Below are positions 60,913 through 64,000 of a stretch of DNA of 64,000 bases, one piece after another. This DNA comes from a virus. Location of the stretch: positions 40,150 to 104,149 of IMG/VR virus record IMGVR_UViG_3300045988_070924; one strand, given 5' to 3'. Positions within the stretch are counted from its first letter, which is position 1. Each line of letters opens with the position of its first letter. Under the pieces are notes generated by a model. That model made no database searches. It was not told the DNA's origin and saw only the letters and a program-made list of their open reading frames with translations. The position numbers and the translations under genes are program-made.

Positions 60913-61695
60913 CTACTTAGTTATATCTTTGAATAGAGTAGGAACTGTGCCATATACAGGCAGAACACCATTCCACTTTTCTATCCACATCTGTTCAAGC
61001 ACCTGAGGTGTGAGAGCCTGTGTCTTAAGCAAGTTAGCCTCTTTCTCTGCTCTTGCAGCAACAAGCATCTTCTCTGCCTCTGCCTTTACAAGTTCAAGTT
61101 CATTCTGTGCCTTCTGACTTTTCTGTACAGCCTCATTCTTTGATGTAATAGAAGCTTCAAGTGAGGCAGGATACTTAAGACCTGAAGTCATTTCTCCAAG
61201 TTCAAAGTTCTCCTTGAACAGTACTTCCCTAAGATAATCTTCTGTAGTCTTTTCAAACTCTTCCCTCTTGGATACCAACTCATCTGTAGTATAATTGCTG
61301 AGTTTAATCCTATAGGCATTCTTGACATGAGTATACAGTACATCCTTTATAACTTCCTCTATAGGTCTCCTATATTTTACAAATACCTTAGAAGAAGTAC
61401 CTGGAATCATGTTAAGGTTGATAGTAGGGTCAATAGTGAACTGGGAACCATCCTTTGCATTGATAGTAAATGGCTCATAGTCTACAGTCTGTACAAATGT
61501 AGGATACTCATACACAGCAGTAGTAATAGGATTATACCATACCATACCAGTCACAAGAGTAACATCATCTACTCCCTTTCTGTCTCCATAGAGATTAACC
61601 TTGATACCCTCATACCCTGCATTGATTCTTGTACAGGACATTGCCATCATGGTTATTGCTGCAATAACCATAATAAATTTGAAAAATTTACTCAT
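60913..61695 (-). CDS. SPFH/band-7 (prohibitin-like) domain lipoprotein
   Basis: Lipobox-like signal MVIAAITMMAMSC. SPFH-type start GYEGIKVNLYG...VTGMVWYNP...YEYPTFVQTVDY. A C-terminal A/E/K-rich coiled coil follows. Confidence 0.65.
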   Translation of the reverse strand: MSKFFKFIMVIAAITMMAMSCTRINAGYEGIKVNLYGDRKGVDDVTLVTGMVWYNPITTAVYEYPTFVQTVDYEPFTINAKDGSQFTIDPTINLNMIPGTSSKVFVKYRRPIEEVIKDVLYTHVKNAYRIKLSNYTTDELVSKREEFEKTTEDYLREVLFKENFELGEMTSGLKYPASLEASITSKNEAVQKSQKAQNELELVKAEAEKMLVAARAEKEANLLKTQALTPQVLEQMWIEKWNGVLPVYGTVPTLFKDITK

Positions 61696-61892
61696 TTGTT
61701 TTTAGTTTTTATAAAGTTTGTGAAACATTTTGTGTCTATACTAACCAAAACTAATCCAACTATTGCTAGTACTGAAGCAAGATTAGTGATAGTAGACGGG
61801 GCACTCAAGCCTGAAAGAATCATTCCAAGAACAGGGAATGCTATTACAAGCCATAGTGCAAATAAGATTACTTTCTTTGTTCTCACTTTCAT
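61692..61892 (-). CDS. small membrane protein (2 TM segments)
   Basis: VILFALWLVIAFPVLGMILSGL and LASVLAIVGLVLV. The gene overlaps both neighbours. Confidence 0.55.
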   Translation of the reverse strand: MKVRTKKVILFALWLVIAFPVLGMILSGLSAPSTITNLASVLAIVGLVLVSIDTKCFTNFIKTKNK

Positions 61893-62263
61893 TAATCTTC
61901 AAGGATTGAATAGATATAACTTGTACCTCCCCTATCATCACATATCCTCTGAAGATGAGCCTCAAGTCTCTGTTTCTTGGTCATGAGTTTCCAAGGACCT
62001 TTGAACCAGTAAGGCTGTTCAGGAGATGTCATATAGTCATAGGCATCCTGTGTGAGTTTAATAGTCTGCTGGCAAGATACTTCCTCAAAATCAGGAATAT
62101 CCACATGACCTTTCCTGATTGGCTTGAATGCATCTTTACCATGGTATTTTGAGTCCAAATTCTTTTTGGTTATGGACCACTTGACCCTCTTTTTCCCAAT
62201 GGGTCTTAGGGTTCCTCCCTCTATACCTTGTACAGAAAGAAGAATTTTTGGTTGATTGTTCAT
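61892..62263 (-). CDS. hypothetical protein (123 aa)
   Basis: Intact ORF coupled to its neighbours by 1-nt overlaps. Confidence 0.5.
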   Translation of the reverse strand: MNNQPKILLSVQGIEGGTLRPIGKKRVKWSITKKNLDSKYHGKDAFKPIRKGHVDIPDFEEVSCQQTIKLTQDAYDYMTSPEQPYWFKGPWKLMTKKQRLEAHLQRICDDRGGTSYIYSILED

Positions 62264-62646
62264 TAACTATCTAAAATTTTAGCTTTTGTACTTGCTTGTC
62301 TTGATTTCACTCTTGCAGGCTTTCTTTTCTGAAGGTCATCATACATAAGTTTGGCTATATTGTCAAGATTCATATGAATCTGCTCATATACATCCATCTT
62401 ATGCCTATGTCCATTCTCTCTTGGGGGCCATGAAGAAAGTATTACTTCATACTCACATCTTGCCCAGAACTGATACTTTGATTCAGCATCAATGAACTCT
62501 TTCAGCCTTTCCAGAGTGAGGTCTTTCAATACTATCTGCTTCTTCTTTCTCTTCTCTTCAAGTCTTCTGTACAGATAAGGCATTATATCATAATGCTCTA
62601 CTCTATCAGCACTGAAGTTCCAAATTATGACTCTATACTCTATCAT
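62263..62646 (-). CDS. hypothetical protein (127 aa)
   Basis: Intact ORF, the first gene downstream of the RNA island and its terminator. Confidence 0.5.
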   Translation of the reverse strand: MIEYRVIIWNFSADRVEHYDIMPYLYRRLEEKRKKKQIVLKDLTLERLKEFIDAESKYQFWARCEYEVILSSWPPRENGHRHKMDVYEQIHMNLDNIAKLMYDDLQKRKPARVKSRQASTKAKILDS

Positions 62647-62665
62647 ATATAAGGTTTTAATAATT

Positions 62666-62702
62666 TACAAATAAAAAGGACACCTCATTCTGAAGTGTCC
62701 TT
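62666..62702 (-). terminator. rho-independent terminator downstream of the tRNA region (minus strand)
   Basis: AAGGACAC (62676-62683) pairs with GTGTCCTT (62695-62702) across an 11-nt loop. UUUUUAUUU follows on the minus strand. Confidence 0.7.
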
Positions 62703-62811
62703 AAATCATAATCAGGTATGCTATGTTTACCCTATACATCAAACTGACAAACTGTGATGTGTAGCCAGTTTCCAAACAGATTCTCACTGGACTCTTCCTG
62801 ATTAGATATTG

Positions 62812-62942
62812 TGGGGAAGGTTTGATTTGAACAAACAATCTTTAGCTTATGAAACTAATGCATTAACCCGAAGTAACTCTCAATAACACTATCTCTTCAG
62901 AAGTAAAAGCTCAAGAGTTTTTTTTTATTATGCTACTTCCCC
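62812..62942 (-). tRNA. tRNA with anticodon CAU (Met or Ile2-type) carrying a 66-nt D-loop (~55-nt insertion)
   Basis: On the minus strand:
- Acceptor GGGGAAG/CTTCCCC (7 of 7 pairs).
- D-stem GCAT/ATGC.
- Anticodon stem TTAGT/GCTAA (4 Watson-Crick pairs plus 1 G-U).
- Anticodon loop TTCATAA (anticodon from 62849-62851).
- Variable loop AGATT.
- T-arm GTTTG-TTCAAAT-CAAAC.
- Discriminator A.

The gene is 131 nt long because the D-loop (62864-62929) is 66 nt. Confidence 0.75.
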
Positions 62943-62951
62943 ATTTATTAG

Positions 62952-62998
62952 TGGAGGTGACAGGACTCGAACCTGTGTCTTACAAACCTTCAATAATA
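62952..62998 (-). ncRNA. tRNA-like 3-prime half (T-arm plus acceptor strand) without a completable cloverleaf
   Basis: The minus strand ends ACAGG-TTCGAGT-CCTGT-CACCTCC-A, a canonical T-arm and acceptor 3-prime strand. A possible loop TTGAAGG lies upstream. No adjacent 5-prime anticodon stem, D-arm or acceptor 5-prime strand could be found. Confidence 0.35.
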
Positions 62999-63309
62999 CC
63001 TTTATTTATATGCTTAGGATAGTATTTCAATTACTGCTGAAATACTCCAAAAGTCAGGTGGTAACATCCACCCATCATCCACCAAGTATTTGTTTAAGGC
63101 ACAAACACTAAAGCCAGTTGTTAGGCAGCAACTGCAAAAGAAACTGCTGGTGCCTGCATAGCAGATTTAATGTAATCTACAAGGCTTCTAACTGATTTTC
63201 TAACTTTGTTAGCATTTATTGGTTTGTGCTTTTTTAGAGTAGGCTGCACATCTACTGCATAAGGTACTACCAAATAGAGTGTAATCAAAACCAAAACACC
63301 CCCATATAT

Positions 63310-63483
63310 TTAGAAAATCAATACTGGACAAATGATTTCAGCATTGTCTTTCTCTGTTTCAACAGTTCTCATAGCTCCAACAGAAGATATAACATTATAT
63401 CCTTTATATTTTGTACTTGTAACTATGACATCAGCATCTTCAGGAAACTTTCTAAGTTCTTCAATAAGTTCTTTTACTAACAT
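63310..63483 (-). CDS. small hypothetical protein (57 aa; MLVKELIEELRKFPEDADVIVTSTKYKGYNVISSVGAMRTVETEKDNAEIICPVLIF)
   Basis: Hand-translated minus-strand ORF below the track cutoff. It is co-directional with all its neighbours and replaces the antisense + ORF 63332..63529. Confidence 0.5.
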   Translation of the reverse strand: MLVKELIEELRKFPEDADVIVTSTKYKGYNVISSVGAMRTVETEKDNAEIICPVLIF

Positions 63484-63493
63484 ATTAAATTAT

Positions 63494-63856
63494 TTAAAAA
63501 TAAATAGCCATAGATGTTGCATCTTTTAATGCCGTTTTAAAATTATCGCGTACACTAGAAAGACTACTTATCTTTCCTTTTGTGCTCTGAAAATAGACAA
63601 AAAATTCAAACTTAAGTTCATCTGTTGGTTCTATAGAGATTGTAATATTTTTATCTAAAAGCATATCTAAAGTTTCAGCATATGTAGGAATCCTAAATCT
63701 GTCACAGGTTTCCCACATAGGGTTATTCTCATCTACTGTAAAGAAAGATGGTTTTCCATCATAACTTCCTACGCCATATTTGTATAGAGGAAACCCAACA
63801 TCCAGCATTTTTCTGGCTAAATCTTCTGGGATATAGCTATTATAGATTGATTCCAT
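63494..63856 (-). CDS. hypothetical protein (120 aa from the ATG)
   Basis: The track start is a GTG at 63862. The ATG at 63856 is preceded by GGAGGAG, a rare Shine-Dalgarno-like sequence in this window. Confidence 0.55.
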   Translation of the reverse strand: MESIYNSYIPEDLARKMLDVGFPLYKYGVGSYDGKPSFFTVDENNPMWETCDRFRIPTYAETLDMLLDKNITISIEPTDELKFEFFVYFQSTKGKISSLSSVRDNFKTALKDATSMAIYF

Positions 63857-63858
63857 AC

Positions 63859-64000
63859 TCACTCCTCCCGTTCTACTTTAATAGTCTTTAAATAAGTAAG
63901 TGCAGTTGATTTGTTAACCAAAGCTTCTTCTTCAGTTTCATAAAAAGTACCTATACAAGGAGACCCATAAGAATCTTCATATATATTTATCCAATATTCC
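63859..64000 (-). CDS. hypothetical protein, C-terminal part (gene starts right of the window)
   Basis: One minus-strand frame is open from the window edge to TGA at 63859-63861. It reads ...EYWINIYEDSYGSPCIGTFYETEEEALVNKSTALTYLKTIKVEREE. The stop overlaps the next gene's start region. Confidence 0.5.
   Translation of the reverse strand, partial: EYWINIYEDSYGSPCIGTFYETEEEALVNKSTALTYLKTIKVEREE

Noticed and set aside
61327-61986. A 219-aa + strand ORF overlapping the SPFH gene and two neighbouring minus-strand genes.
   Set aside because: It is antisense to three tightly coupled genes that have recognisable features. Its translation is low-complexity (I/Y/S/H/C-rich) with no motif. It is a typical shadow ORF of AT-rich DNA.
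62952-62976. The tRNA 3-prime fragment as a phage attachment (attP) site indicating a temperate lifestyle.
   Set aside because: No integrase, excisionase or repressor-like gene is visible anywhere in the 64 kb. The fragment sits next to an intact tRNA gene inside an RNA island.
63065-63083. The direct repeat CATCCACC x2, and other short repeats, as a CRISPR-like array.
   Set aside because: There are only two copies of 8 nt with an irregular context. No repeat-spacer periodicity occurs anywhere in the window.
63297-63303. GGGGGTG as the true 5-prime acceptor strand of the orphan tRNA half, which would imply a ~275-nt intron.
   Set aside because: No D-arm or 5-prime anticodon stem follows it, and I found no group I core motifs in between. 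A single 7-mer match (G-U pairs allowed) within 350 nt can occur by chance. I kept it only as a possibility inside the RNA-island finding.
63332-63529. A 65-aa + strand ORF from the track.
   Set aside because: The opposite strand carries a better-looking 57-aa ORF (63310..63483) that is co-directional with all surrounding genes. The + ORF also overlaps the next minus-strand gene.
1-64000. Stop-codon reassignment (TAG or TGA recoding), as seen in some crAss-like lineages.
   Set aside because: Very long ORFs (up to 8.2 kb) are uninterrupted under the standard code. All three stop codons are seen terminating well-delimited genes. The CAU tRNA is not a suppressor.

Overview
The window reads as a segment of a crAss-like (Crassvirales-type) tailed phage of a Bacteroidota host. 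It is AT-rich, uses the standard genetic code, and is tightly packed. Bacteroidota-style TAnnTTTG promoter boxes and A-rich leaders (mostly no Shine-Dalgarno) sit in front of start codons. Bases 1-17864 (+ strand) encode virion, tail and cargo-type proteins, including 1894-aa and 1766-aa giants and an HU/IHF-like protein. This block converges at a bidirectional terminator (17879-17922) with a long minus-strand block. That block starts with a 2732-aa virion RNA polymerase-type giant (DFDID motif) and a coupled 1358-aa protein. A replication and nucleotide-metabolism module follows:
- ThyX-like protein, metallophosphoesterase, RNA ligase, and a family A DNA polymerase split by a group I intron
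- dUTPase, NrdG/NrdD, nucleases, and UDG
- primase, DnaB-like and SF2 helicases, and a P-loop ATPase split by a second endonuclease-bearing insertion
- a short PurA/PurZ-like enzyme and two vWA proteins
- a small membrane/SPFH cassette and a non-coding RNA island with a tRNA(CAU)

The most unusual items are:
- an E1-like (ThiF) plus JAB/JAMM gene pair, with candidate beta-grasp and E2-like neighbours, inside the replication operon
- the PurA/PurZ-like gene
- a tRNA whose D-loop carries a ~55-nt insertion
- a RecB/Cas4-like nuclease domain fused to the N-terminus of the virion RNAP giant
- an orphan HicA-like gene coupled to an RNA ligase
- a membrane-anchored retropepsin-like protease

No integrase, CRISPR array or rRNA was seen. 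All calls come from reading motifs by eye. No database search was run.
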